A stretch of 64,000 nucleotides of DNA. Origin: an uncultured delta proteobacterium. Its GTDB lineage: Bacteria > Desulfobacterota > Syntrophia > Syntrophales > Smithellaceae. A program made the position numbers and the translations under genes. The DNA lies in the NCBI GenBank assembly GCA_963753975.1, contig CAVWEH010000004.1:128001-192000 (forward strand), read 5' to 3'. This document shows positions 42,549 through 51,816 of the stretch, one piece after another (positions within the stretch are counted from its first letter, which is position 1; each line of letters opens with the position of its first letter). The notes beneath the pieces are model-generated. The model searched no databases, had not been told where the DNA came from, and saw only the letters and a program-made list of their open reading frames with translations.

Positions 42549-43910
42549 TTATTTTTCTACTTTGATCAGCATCGCATCCCCCTGCGCATGCCCCGAACAA
42601 ATACCGCAGACGCCCCAGCCGCCGCCGCGACGCTTCAGTTCATAGCCCAGCGTCATGGCGATTCTGGCTCCGGTTGCTCCGATAGGATGACCGAAGGCTA
42701 CCGCCCCGCCATTCACATTCACCTTTTTAAACATATCTTCTTTGGACATACCGAGAATCGACCGGCAGCTCACCAGCACTACCGCGGCGAAAGCTTCATT
42801 TATCTCGAGGACATCCATCTGATCCAGTTTCATATCGTTTTGTTCTAGAATTTTCTTGATAGCCAATCCCGGTACGGTAGCGATGTCTTTAGTCGGTTGC
42901 GACACTTCAGCATAATCAACAATAGTAAAGATTGGTTTCAAACCCAGCTGATCGGCTTTTTCTCTCGCCATCAGAAGACAGACATCCCCGCCGTCATTTA
43001 CTCCCGGAGCATTGCCGGCGGTGACGCTTCCGGGCCTACCGGTTACGGTACTCAAATGGCCGAACACAGGGGGGAGTTTCGCTAAACCTTCCAAGGTCGT
43101 ATCCGGTCTTGGTCCTTCATCTTTTTCCATGATTGCAATTTTTTTCCCCTGCTTGACTTCCACAGGAAAAATTTCATCATCGAGTTTGCCGTTACTCATC
43201 GCCTTGACCGCGTTCATCTGGGAATTCAAAGCCCACTCATCTTGTTCCTCTCTCGTAAAGCCGAACTCATCTGCGACTTCCGAGCCGTTGATCGCCATAT
43301 GCCTGTTGTAGAAGGCGTCCCATAATCCATCATAAACCATCGCATCGACAACGCGGCCGTTGGGCAAGCCCATCTTAGCGCCCCAGCGCATATCGGGCAG
43401 AAGATAGGGACAATTGCTCATACTTTCCTGGCCGCCGGCTATACAGATGTCGGCACGACCCAAAAGAATCATTTGAAAGGCCAGATCAATGGTTTTAATG
43501 CCGGAAGAGCAAACTTTGTTCACGGTAATGGAAGGCACCGATTCCGGCACTCCGGCCAGAATTGTCGCCTGTCTTCCCGGTATCTGGCCACAGCCGGCGG
43601 GAACAACCTGTCCCATAAAGATATAATCTACATCGCCGGGTTTCACCTTGCCTCCGGTTCGTCGCAGAACTTCCTTAATTGCCATAGCGCCTAATTCCAT
43701 CGCCGAAAAATCTTTCAGCATGCCGCCTGCACGTCCGTACGGTGTCCGACAGGCCTCCACACAAACAACCTCGCGGAATTTTTTATGAGGATTTTTTATT
43801 TTTTTACCCATCGTACTGAAATCGGGTTTTCTTTGGCCAAATTTCGCAATAGGCGCATTCTTGTAAATATCCCCTCTTGTTTTTTCCAGTTTCTGCGGTA
43901 CTTTTGCCAT
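42549..43910 (-). CDS. acetyl-CoA C-acyltransferase (thiolase)
   Basis: NKVCSSG, GGQESMS, VTAGNA, EINEAFA, GHPIGATG, ICSG. Confidence 0.93.
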   Translation of the reverse strand: MAKVPQKLEKTRGDIYKNAPIAKFGQRKPDFSTMGKKIKNPHKKFREVVCVEACRTPYGRAGGMLKDFSAMELGAMAIKEVLRRTGGKVKPGDVDYIFMGQVVPAGCGQIPGRQATILAGVPESVPSITVNKVCSSGIKTIDLAFQMILLGRADICIAGGQESMSNCPYLLPDMRWGAKMGLPNGRVVDAMVYDGLWDAFYNRHMAINGSEVADEFGFTREEQDEWALNSQMNAVKAMSNGKLDDEIFPVEVKQGKKIAIMEKDEGPRPDTTLEGLAKLPPVFGHLSTVTGRPGSVTAGNAPGVNDGGDVCLLMAREKADQLGLKPIFTIVDYAEVSQPTKDIATVPGLAIKKILEQNDMKLDQMDVLEINEAFAAVVLVSCRSILGMSKEDMFKKVNVNGGAVAFGHPIGATGARIAMTLGYELKRRGGGWGVCGICSGHAQGDAMLIKVEK

Positions 43911-44113
43911 ATTATCTCCCCCTTAGCTGTACAAGCAAATATTTAACTGCCGTAAAGCCAGTTTTGCTAAGTTTCCATTTTCTGGTGTTTTTTACATATA
44001 GAATTTATTTAGTCAACTATATTTAGTCCGGAAAACCGTACTTTCCCCCAACAATCAATTTGACGAAAGTAAATTAATGATTTATATATTTACATAAGAA
44101 GGAGGTAATTTCA

Positions 44114-44299
44114 ATGTTTGAAGGACTTTTTCAACCAATGCACTTAATTATCATCCTGGTGATAGTTCTGATCATTTTCGGACCGGGTAAACTTCCGGAA
44201 CTGGGAAGTGCAATCGGCAAAGCAATTAGAGGGTTCAAACAAGCAATGGATGATCCCGAAAAAAAATCTCCGGATGAAACGAAAAAAATCGAAAAATAA
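44114..44299 (+). CDS. tatA: twin-arginine translocase TatA/TatE subunit
   Basis: IIFGPGKLPELGSAIGKAIRGFK; SD GGAGGT. Confidence 0.92.
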   Translation: MFEGLFQPMHLIIILVIVLIIFGPGKLPELGSAIGKAIRGFKQAMDDPEKKSPDETKKIEK

Positions 44300-44331
44300 A
44301 GTTACGGAACGATACTGACTAAGATTCTTCA

Positions 44332-45015
44332 ATGAATAAACGTTTGGCTTTCAGGATTCTATTCCTGCTCCTGTTCACAATTTTATCGATTTATCTATTC
44401 ATCCATTTTGATATATATTTATTCTTCGAAGATAGAAACAAATTAGTAAACTTCATAACATCATACCCTTACGACGAACTCGTTTTCATTTTGCTTCAGA
44501 TTGTCCAGGTCGTGGCGGCGCCGATTCCGGGAGAGCTGACAGGTCTCATCGGCGGTTATCTTTACGGACCTTTTTGGGGAACTGTATATTCCACTATCGG
44601 CTTGACCATCGGTTCCTGGCTGGCCTTCCTCTTGGCGCGCTTTTTTGGCATGCCGCTCATAGAAAAAGTTGTCAAACCTGAGACCATAGAAAAATTCGAC
44701 CACTTCATGGAACATCAGGGTATCCTGGTATCATTTCTTCTCTTTTTGATTCCGGGATTCCCTAAGGATTATTTATGTTACATCATGGGTATCAGTCGCA
44801 TTCCCACTTGGACATTCATAATAATTGTTACTGCCGGGCGTTTCTTCGGCACCATGATGCTTTCTATTACCGGAAATGCCGCCCGCAATGAACAATATCT
44901 TATTCTGGCCATCATTGTAGCAGCAGGCGGCATTATCTTTATTATGGCTTATTATTATCGCGATAAACTTCTGGAAATATTGAAAAAAAATAACAGCCAA
45001 AAGAAATTATTTTAG
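44332..45015 (+). CDS. TVP38/TMEM64 (SNARE-associated) membrane protein
   Basis: QVVAAPIPGE, LFLIPGFPKD.LCY..G. Confidence 0.85.
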   Translation: MNKRLAFRILFLLLFTILSIYLFIHFDIYLFFEDRNKLVNFITSYPYDELVFILLQIVQVVAAPIPGELTGLIGGYLYGPFWGTVYSTIGLTIGSWLAFLLARFFGMPLIEKVVKPETIEKFDHFMEHQGILVSFLLFLIPGFPKDYLCYIMGISRIPTWTFIIIVTAGRFFGTMMLSITGNAARNEQYLILAIIVAAGGIIFIMAYYYRDKLLEILKKNNSQKKLF

Positions 45016-45048
45016 CATATGGGCGCGAGGATGCGCATGTGATAATAA

Positions 45049-46350
45049 TTATATCTGCCTTTTATCAACTACTCGCACAATTTTCCCCTTCTGCCGCAGT
45101 ATGCTTTTGGATTCGACCAATTTAACATCAACATTGATACCTGTTACCGATCCGATGCGCTTTTTAAGTGTTTCCAGAAAAGATCTCTGCTTTTGCAGCT
45201 CCAGAGAAAATATTTTATCCGTAATCTCAACAATAACCTCCAAGCTATCCATTGCCCCTTTTCTTTCCACAACAAGCTGATATGGGGATTCGCCCTGCGC
45301 GACGCTAAAAAGCGCCTCTTCAATTTGCGAAGGAAAAACATTTACACCCCTGATGATGAGCATGTCGTCGGAACGCTGCATTACTTTTTCCATGCGCACT
45401 AAAGTTCTTCCGCATTCGCACTGAGTATAGTTGAGAGAGGTGATATCCCCTGTCCGGTAACGGATCATGGGAAAGGCTTCTTTGGTCAAGGTAGTCAGCA
45501 CCAGTTCACCCGCGTGGCCGGGAGACTTCACCGCTCCTGTTTCCGGATCAATGATCTCCGGGATGAAAGCGTCTTCATAAATATGCAAACCCTTCTTGCA
45601 TGAACATTCTCCGGCAATACCCGGACCAATTACCTCGGAAAGACCGTAATTGTCCGTCGCGCTCAGTAATAACCTTCTTTCAATTTCATCACGCATTTTC
45701 TCCGACCAGGGCTCTCCGCCAAAAAGTCCGATTTTCAGCGAAAGAGCTTGGGGACTAACACCGATCTGCTCCAGGCGATCCGCCAGAGCAAGCGCGTAAC
45801 TAGGTGTGCTGACCAATACCGTCGTTTTATAATCCTGCATAATCATAATCTGCTTTTCCGTGTTGCCGGTACCCATCGGAATTACCGATGCACCGATCGC
45901 TTCCGCTCCGTAATGCAGACCGAAAGCTCCGGTGTAAAGACCATAACGAAACGCTATCTGCACCAGATCGTCGCGGGATACACCGGCGGCCGTCATAAAC
46001 CGCGCCACAAGGTTAGACCAAATACGGATATCGTTTTTGGTATAACCGACAACAATCGGCTTACTTGTTGTCCCCGAAGAAGAATGAATGCGGACTATCT
46101 CTCGGAGCGGCACGGCAAACATACCGTAGGGATAGTTCAGGCGCAAATCATCCATAGTAGTAAAAGGAAGTTTCGTTAAATCGGATAAGGAACGAATATC
46201 TTCCGCGATCATTCCTAAATCGTCGAATTTCCTTCGATAGCAGGTAACATTCTTATGAACCCGATTGATTACAGCCTGGAGTCTTTCCAGTTGCAGTTGT
46301 TCGAGTTCATCCCGTGAAATACACTCATGTTCGGGATCCCAGATATTCAT
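45049..46350 (-). CDS. paaK: phenylacetate--CoA ligase family protein
   Basis: YPYGMFAVP, RIHSSSGTT.KP, YGLSE..GPG, RYRTGD, DDMLIIRGVNVFPSQIE. Confidence 0.9.
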   Translation of the reverse strand: MNIWDPEHECISRDELEQLQLERLQAVINRVHKNVTCYRRKFDDLGMIAEDIRSLSDLTKLPFTTMDDLRLNYPYGMFAVPLREIVRIHSSSGTTSKPIVVGYTKNDIRIWSNLVARFMTAAGVSRDDLVQIAFRYGLYTGAFGLHYGAEAIGASVIPMGTGNTEKQIMIMQDYKTTVLVSTPSYALALADRLEQIGVSPQALSLKIGLFGGEPWSEKMRDEIERRLLLSATDNYGLSEVIGPGIAGECSCKKGLHIYEDAFIPEIIDPETGAVKSPGHAGELVLTTLTKEAFPMIRYRTGDITSLNYTQCECGRTLVRMEKVMQRSDDMLIIRGVNVFPSQIEEALFSVAQGESPYQLVVERKGAMDSLEVIVEITDKIFSLELQKQRSFLETLKKRIGSVTGINVDVKLVESKSILRQKGKIVRVVDKRQI

Positions 46351-46426
46351 AAATTACCTCCCTGCAAATTGTGCTTTCCTTCACCCGGAAGGCGAGGATC
46401 GTTTCCCTTCGTTACTGACACATTTT

Positions 46427-47170
46427 TTACCGTTCCCATATTTCCTTCTTATCTTTTCCCAGATATGCCCGCTGAACTTCTTTATTTTGCAATAAATCGG
46501 CGGCCGTTCCCTCTAAAATCAGCCTCCCCGTCTCGAGGACGTACCCGCGATTGGCCAATTTCAGGGCTGCCCGCGCATTTTGCTCGACCAAAAGAATAGT
46601 TGTTTTCTTCTCCTTAGCCAGACTTTTGATAACCTGAAAAATTTCCTGCGCCACGATAGGCGCAAGCCCCATGGAAGGTTCGTCTAAAAGCAGAAGTTTC
46701 GGTTTGGCCATAAGCGCTCTACCGATGGAGAGCATTTGCAGCTCACCTCCCGATAATGTCCCGGCAAGCTGTTTTCGCCTTTCCCTGAGTATAGGAAACA
46801 AGGCATAGATCATTTCATTTGTTTCTTTTGCATAAGTCCTGCCTGCCCGCGTTTTGTATTGCAAATAGGCCCCTAATTCCAGATTATCCTCCACCGAAAG
46901 AGGTTTAAAAACCTGTCTTCCCTCCGGAACCTGGGAAATTCCCAACTTGACGATTTGATGCGCGGCAAGATCATTTATCGGAACCCCATCAAAAATAATT
47001 TGTCCGCTACGGGGAGAAATAATTCCGGACAAAGAATTAAGAAGCGTTGTTTTACCCGCGCCGTTAGCGCCGATAAGCGTGACTATTTCTCCCGCCATCA
47101 GATGCAAAGAAACATTTTTCAGAACATGCACCTGACCGTAGTACGTGTTGATATTTTTTATCTTCAGCAT
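46427..47170 (-). CDS. LivF-like ABC transporter ATPase
   Basis: GANGAGKTT, VPEGR, LSGGE.QML, LDEPSMGLAP, VEQN. Confidence 0.92.
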   Translation of the reverse strand: MLKIKNINTYYGQVHVLKNVSLHLMAGEIVTLIGANGAGKTTLLNSLSGIISPRSGQIIFDGVPINDLAAHQIVKLGISQVPEGRQVFKPLSVEDNLELGAYLQYKTRAGRTYAKETNEMIYALFPILRERRKQLAGTLSGGELQMLSIGRALMAKPKLLLLDEPSMGLAPIVAQEIFQVIKSLAKEKKTTILLVEQNARAALKLANRGYVLETGRLILEGTAADLLQNKEVQRAYLGKDKKEIWER

Positions 47171-47233
47171 AATATTCGGTTCATAGTATATTTATGTTAT
47201 TCTTCGCAGTCGTCATACCGTTCCGCTTTCAAA

Positions 47234-47336
47234 GGATAACGAGGCGGCAAGAAGGAGGCTCCTCAAGCATATTACTAACGCGTGACCTTCAGGTTATACG
47301 TCGAGGGAGCCGACGACGCAGCCAACAAAGTTAGCC
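47234..47336. repeat. structured intergenic repeat, family A copy 2
   Basis: GGCAAGAAGGAGGCTCCTCAAGCATATT...ATACGTCGAGGGAGCCGACGACGCAGCCAACAAAG matches 39257-39342. Confidence 0.75.
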
Positions 47337-47438
47337 AAAGACCGGGGGCACATCTCGCAGGGGAGCGCATAGCAAATCAAAAATTTACCTTGCCGGTAAT
47401 TACCGCCTGTAAGGCGGTAACTTACAAGTGAAACGGTA

Positions 47439-48191
47439 TCAACCCTCGCCCAAATAAGCGGAAATAACCGCAGTATTTTCCTGAACTTCCCTGGGCGTTC
47501 CTTCCATCAGCTTTTTCCCCAGATTCAATACGATTATGGAATCACAAATCTCCATAACTAATTCCATATCATGCTCCACCAACACTACTGTTATGCCGGA
47601 CTCTCTGATTCTGCGGATCAGATCAGCAAGCTCGGACGTCTCCCGGCTATTTAATCCAGCCGCCGGTTCATCCATTAAAATAATTCGAGGCTCTACAGCG
47701 AGTGCCCGGGAAATTTCCAGAAGCCTTCCCTTCCCGAAAGGTAAATTGCCGGCCGCGATATCTGCCAGATGGGCCATGCCGGTAAATTCCAGCCACTGCA
47801 AACTTTTTTTCTTAATATATCTTTCTTCCATAATTTGGCCCGGCATTTTGAAAGCACAACTGAAAATACCACTGCGGCCCTTGGTATGGAGTCCCACCAT
47901 TACATTTTCCAGAACGGTCATGTGGTCGAATAGTTCCACATTTTGGAATGTGCGCACCAGACCCAAACCGGCAAGAACCTCCGGCGCGAAGAGCGAAATA
48001 TTTTCTCCAGCCAGATAAACATTTCCTGACGTTTGTGTATAGAGTCCGGTGATGATATTGAACAATGTGGTTTTCCCTGCGCCGTTAGGACCGATTATGC
48101 CGGTTATCGAACCGCCCGCTATGGAGAGTGAGACATCTTCCAGTGCGGTCAACCCGCCGAATATTTTGGTTATACCGTTTAGTCTAAGCAT
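47439..48191 (-). CDS. LivG-like ABC transporter ATPase
   Basis: FGGL.AL, GPNGAGKTT, RTFQN, DEPAAG, VEHDM. Confidence 0.92.
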   Translation of the reverse strand: MLRLNGITKIFGGLTALEDVSLSIAGGSITGIIGPNGAGKTTLFNIITGLYTQTSGNVYLAGENISLFAPEVLAGLGLVRTFQNVELFDHMTVLENVMVGLHTKGRSGIFSCAFKMPGQIMEERYIKKKSLQWLEFTGMAHLADIAAGNLPFGKGRLLEISRALAVEPRIILMDEPAAGLNSRETSELADLIRRIRESGITVVLVEHDMELVMEICDSIIVLNLGKKLMEGTPREVQENTAVISAYLGEG

Positions 48192-49158
48192 TGCTGCCGG
48201 TTTTTCCTTTCAGCTTGGCGTAGACATTTTGTGTCATTGACTGAATACCGCCAATCAAGCCTCCGGGCATAAACATAATCATTAAAATCAGCAGCAATCC
48301 GTAAATAACGATGTCCAGATCCTGGAATATGCGCAAGAACTCCGGCAATATCGTTAAAATTGCCGCACCCAGGAATGAGCCGTAAATGCTGCCGAGACCG
48401 CCGACAACCACCATCGTAACCAACTCTATGGAAAAGTTGAACCCAAAGGATACCGGAGAAATAAAAGACATGGTATGAGCATACAGGCTTCCGGCCACGG
48501 ATGAAATAAGAGCAGAGACAGTGAAGATTTGCACTTTCAAAACCCGGGCATTTACACCCATAACTCTGGCGGCCACTTCCGAATCATGAATCGCTCTCAG
48601 AGCTCTGCCGATTCTGGATTGATACAAGTTTATCGATAACAACATTACAACAAGTGTGACTACCCAGATTAAATAGTAATTATGCAAATCATTGTCGAAA
48701 ATCCAAGATCCGATATGGAGATTGGGTATGCCGGATAATCCCGATGGACCGCCGGTCCAGCCGACAGTTTCATTGAAAACTATATACATGATAATACCGA
48801 AGCCGAGTGTAGCCATTGCGAGGTAATGACCTCTGAGCTTCAAAATAGGGAAACCGATAACAAATGCCAGTGCCGCTGCACAAACAGCCGCCAAAATAAT
48901 TACCAGCCAGGGATCAAGGGAAAATCTAGTTGTCAGCACGCCGGATATATAAGCTCCCAAACCAAAGAAGGCGGCATGTCCGAGCGAAATCTGACCCGCA
49001 TATCCCAAGAGCAGATTGAGCGCCACGGCCAGCATGGTATTTATACCGACAAAAACCAGAACATTTAAAAAATAACTCTCCTGAAGAAAAAAAGGCGTGA
49101 CCAGCACGGCAAGCGCAAATACTAGAAAAATAATTATCCGGTGTTTTTCTTTTGTCAT
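48184..49158 (-). CDS. LivM-like ABC permease
   Basis: GYAGQISLGHAAFFG.GAY, LRGHYLAMATL, GRALRAI. Confidence 0.9.
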   Translation of the reverse strand: MTKEKHRIIIFLVFALAVLVTPFFLQESYFLNVLVFVGINTMLAVALNLLLGYAGQISLGHAAFFGLGAYISGVLTTRFSLDPWLVIILAAVCAAALAFVIGFPILKLRGHYLAMATLGFGIIMYIVFNETVGWTGGPSGLSGIPNLHIGSWIFDNDLHNYYLIWVVTLVVMLLSINLYQSRIGRALRAIHDSEVAARVMGVNARVLKVQIFTVSALISSVAGSLYAHTMSFISPVSFGFNFSIELVTMVVVGGLGSIYGSFLGAAILTILPEFLRIFQDLDIVIYGLLLILMIMFMPGGLIGGIQSMTQNVYAKLKGKTGSNA

Positions 49159-49354
49159 GATTTTTAATGGCAATCTTTCCGGCAAATATATCCAAATCAA
49201 ATCTATAAAAAAGAACCCGCCGAAACCTGAATTTTCGTCACAAGCTGCGGCGAATTAACCCTAAGATTCTTCGATTCGTTTTATTCGCTCAGAGTCAATT
49301 CGACTAATACCATTTTTTACGGCGGAGCCTTGAAAAAGATCAAGTCTTGTTGAT

Positions 49355-50239
49355 CTAAACCCTTTCCGTCTCCTTTTTCTTGAATAATCCTTCCGGCCGT
49401 ATAAATAGCACCAACAACAAGATAATGAAGGCGATGGCATCTTTATAACTGGCAGAGATAAAACCGGCACCCAAAGCTTCCAATAAACCCAGCAGAAGTC
49501 CTCCCAGCACAGTACCCAAACCGCTGTTCATTCCGCCGATGATCGCCGCGCAAAATCCTTTAAGCCCCAGCATAATACCAACGTCATAGGAAGTCATAGT
49601 AAGCGGGGCAATGACTATCCCGGCCATTGAGCCGACAGCCGAACTGATAACAAAGGAGAGCAAAACCATTGTCTTTACATCAATACCCACCAAGCTTGCC
49701 GCCTGAGAATTATAAGCACAAGCGCGCATGGCTTTACCGACGATACTGTAATTAAAAAAAATCCTGCCGGCAATAATGATCAGGATAGTTACGGCAAAAA
49801 TCCAGAGATGTTGGGGAAGGATAGTCGCGCCGGCTATATGCAAAGGATCGTTACCCGAAAAAGCCGGCAGAGCATGGGTATCTTTCCCCCAGATAAGCAT
49901 CGCCACACCGCGTATAAAAATACTTGCGCCGATAGTAATGATAATAAGACTAAGCGGCTTCGCCTTCTTGAGCGGTCTGATGGCGAGACGTTCAAAGCAG
50001 ATACCCACTATTGTCGAAATAAGAACAGCCAAAACTATCGACGGCACAAGCGGCAGTTTTAAGCCGGTCAGGAAAAAAACTGTCAACATTCCCCCGAGCA
50101 TCACAAACTCACCTTGAGCGAAATTGATGATGCCGGTCGCGTTGTGGATGATGGCAAAGCCAAAACCAATCAGCGCATATATAGCACCGTTAGAAAGCCC
50201 GGATAAGATATATTGAAATAATTGTCGAGAATTGTTCAT
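49355..50239 (-). CDS. LivH-like ABC permease
   Basis: GAIYALIG.GF, INFAQGE, GKAMRA, GLKGF.AAIIGG. Confidence 0.9.
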   Translation of the reverse strand: MNNSRQLFQYILSGLSNGAIYALIGFGFAIIHNATGIINFAQGEFVMLGGMLTVFFLTGLKLPLVPSIVLAVLISTIVGICFERLAIRPLKKAKPLSLIIITIGASIFIRGVAMLIWGKDTHALPAFSGNDPLHIAGATILPQHLWIFAVTILIIIAGRIFFNYSIVGKAMRACAYNSQAASLVGIDVKTMVLLSFVISSAVGSMAGIVIAPLTMTSYDVGIMLGLKGFCAAIIGGMNSGLGTVLGGLLLGLLEALGAGFISASYKDAIAFIILLLVLFIRPEGLFKKKETERV

Positions 50240-50331
50240 TTATTAGTTACAATTTTGATAAATATTAATGCGGCACAGGCCTAATCATCGCCCGCGCCGC
50301 TTATACAGTCTAACTAATTCATATCACTTCA

Positions 50332-51474
50332 TCATTTAATCAATTTCCAGTCGCCGTGTTTGATTTGCACCAAAACAAAAGCGTCACTCGTCAATCCGGC
50401 ATGATCCTGCGGAGAATAACTAAAAGTCCCTCCTATGCCTGCGAATTTTTTTGTTTTCTCAAGCTGATCACGAATTGCTGCAGGTGAATAGCCCCCTCGT
50501 TCGATAGCGCTTTTGAGCAGCATTATGGCATCCCAGGCATGCCCGCCAAAATGATCACCTTCCATCTTGTAGTGTTCCCGATATTTGTTAACATAGTTCA
50601 TCAGCGCTTTCTTTTGCGGATCGGACTTAGGCAGCTGATCGGCGACAATGACTCGTCCCGAAGGAAGGATAATGCCTTCGGCTCCATCACCGGCAAGTTC
50701 AATAAACTTTTTGGAGGAAACACCATGGCTCATATACAAAGGAATATTAATCCCCAATTGCTTGGCATTCCGGGCAACAACGGCCGGACCGGGATTTGTT
50801 CCCCAGCAAATAATTGCCTGTACTCCGCTGTCACGTATTTTTGTTAATTGAACGGTCATATCCGTATCTTGCGGTCCATATGTTTCATCCGAAATTATTT
50901 GCATGCCGAATTTTTTGGATTGTAAGGTCAACTGTTCCCTGCCGGAAGAACCAAATCCATCCGAAACTGTCAATATTGCTATTTTAGCGATTTTTTGTTT
51001 TTTTAAATATTCATAGATTTTAGCTACAGCGAGAACGTCGTTTTGCGCTGTTTTAAAAACCCATTTTTTAACCGGTTCGGTAATTTTGATTCCGGCCGCA
51101 CACGAAATAAGCGGTATTGCGGATTTTTCGATCACAGGTATCACGGCCATACTATCACCGGTCGTGCTCGGACCAATGATCGCCACAACCTTATCATCCT
51201 TAATCAGCTTGTTGACTGCCTGCACAGCTTTTGTGGCATCACCCTGAGTATCATAAACTATAAGTTCCAGTTTGCGTCCCTTTATTCCGCCGGTTTTATT
51301 TATTTCCGTCACCATCATTTGCGCCGTATTGCGTTCCGGCTCACCGAGAAAAGAAGCGGGCCCCGATACGGAAAATAACGCTCCAATTTTTAGGGGAGGA
51401 GCCGCTAATGCCGTTCCGGCAATCAAAACACTAAAAAATAAAACAAATATTATTCTGAAAATATTTTTTGGCAT
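50332..51474 (-). CDS. LivK-like ABC substrate-binding protein
   Basis: Signal peptide, KIGAL..SGPA..LG, IN..GGIKGRKLEL; SD GGAGGT before the ATG at 51474. Confidence 0.9.
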   Translation of the reverse strand: MPKNIFRIIFVLFFSVLIAGTALAAPPLKIGALFSVSGPASFLGEPERNTAQMMVTEINKTGGIKGRKLELIVYDTQGDATKAVQAVNKLIKDDKVVAIIGPSTTGDSMAVIPVIEKSAIPLISCAAGIKITEPVKKWVFKTAQNDVLAVAKIYEYLKKQKIAKIAILTVSDGFGSSGREQLTLQSKKFGMQIISDETYGPQDTDMTVQLTKIRDSGVQAIICWGTNPGPAVVARNAKQLGINIPLYMSHGVSSKKFIELAGDGAEGIILPSGRVIVADQLPKSDPQKKALMNYVNKYREHYKMEGDHFGGHAWDAIMLLKSAIERGGYSPAAIRDQLEKTKKFAGIGGTFSYSPQDHAGLTSDAFVLVQIKHGDWKLIK

Positions 51475-51522
51475 ATACACCTCCATCATAAAAAATTTAG
51501 TTGTCCACAAATTCAAAAAATT

Positions 51523-51560
51523 AAAAAAGCCACGGACTTTTTCATTTCTGCCCGTGGCCT
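51523..51560 (-). terminator. intrinsic terminator of leader attenuator
   Basis: Minus strand GCCACGGGC-loop-GTCCGTGGC followed by TTTTTT, about 50 nt upstream of the livK-like start. Confidence 0.85.
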
Positions 51561-51586
51561 TTAATACGATCTACTTTCAAGTCATC

Positions 51587-51682
51587 TCAAAAATGAGCAG
51601 ATATAGATAGGAAAAAGTAATCATAAGCATAATAGTTGGTATTTAGCGAATCGCTTATTTTGTATCTATTTCTGCTCACCAT
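51587..51682 (-). CDS. Tyr/Phe-rich attenuator leader peptide (31 aa)
   Basis: MVSRNRYKISDSLNTNYYAYDYFFLSISAHF*; AGGAG upstream; followed by terminator. Confidence 0.75.
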   Translation of the reverse strand: MVSRNRYKISDSLNTNYYAYDYFFLSISAHF

Positions 51683-51816
51683 TTACTTCAAAACTCCTTG
51701 ATGTTCCAGCAAGATTTTAAATCATAGATAAAAATTCATGTCAAATGAAAAATGACATATTATGATTCATTATATAGTCAGTTTAAAACCCTGAAATAGT
51801 GCATCTACTTATTCTT

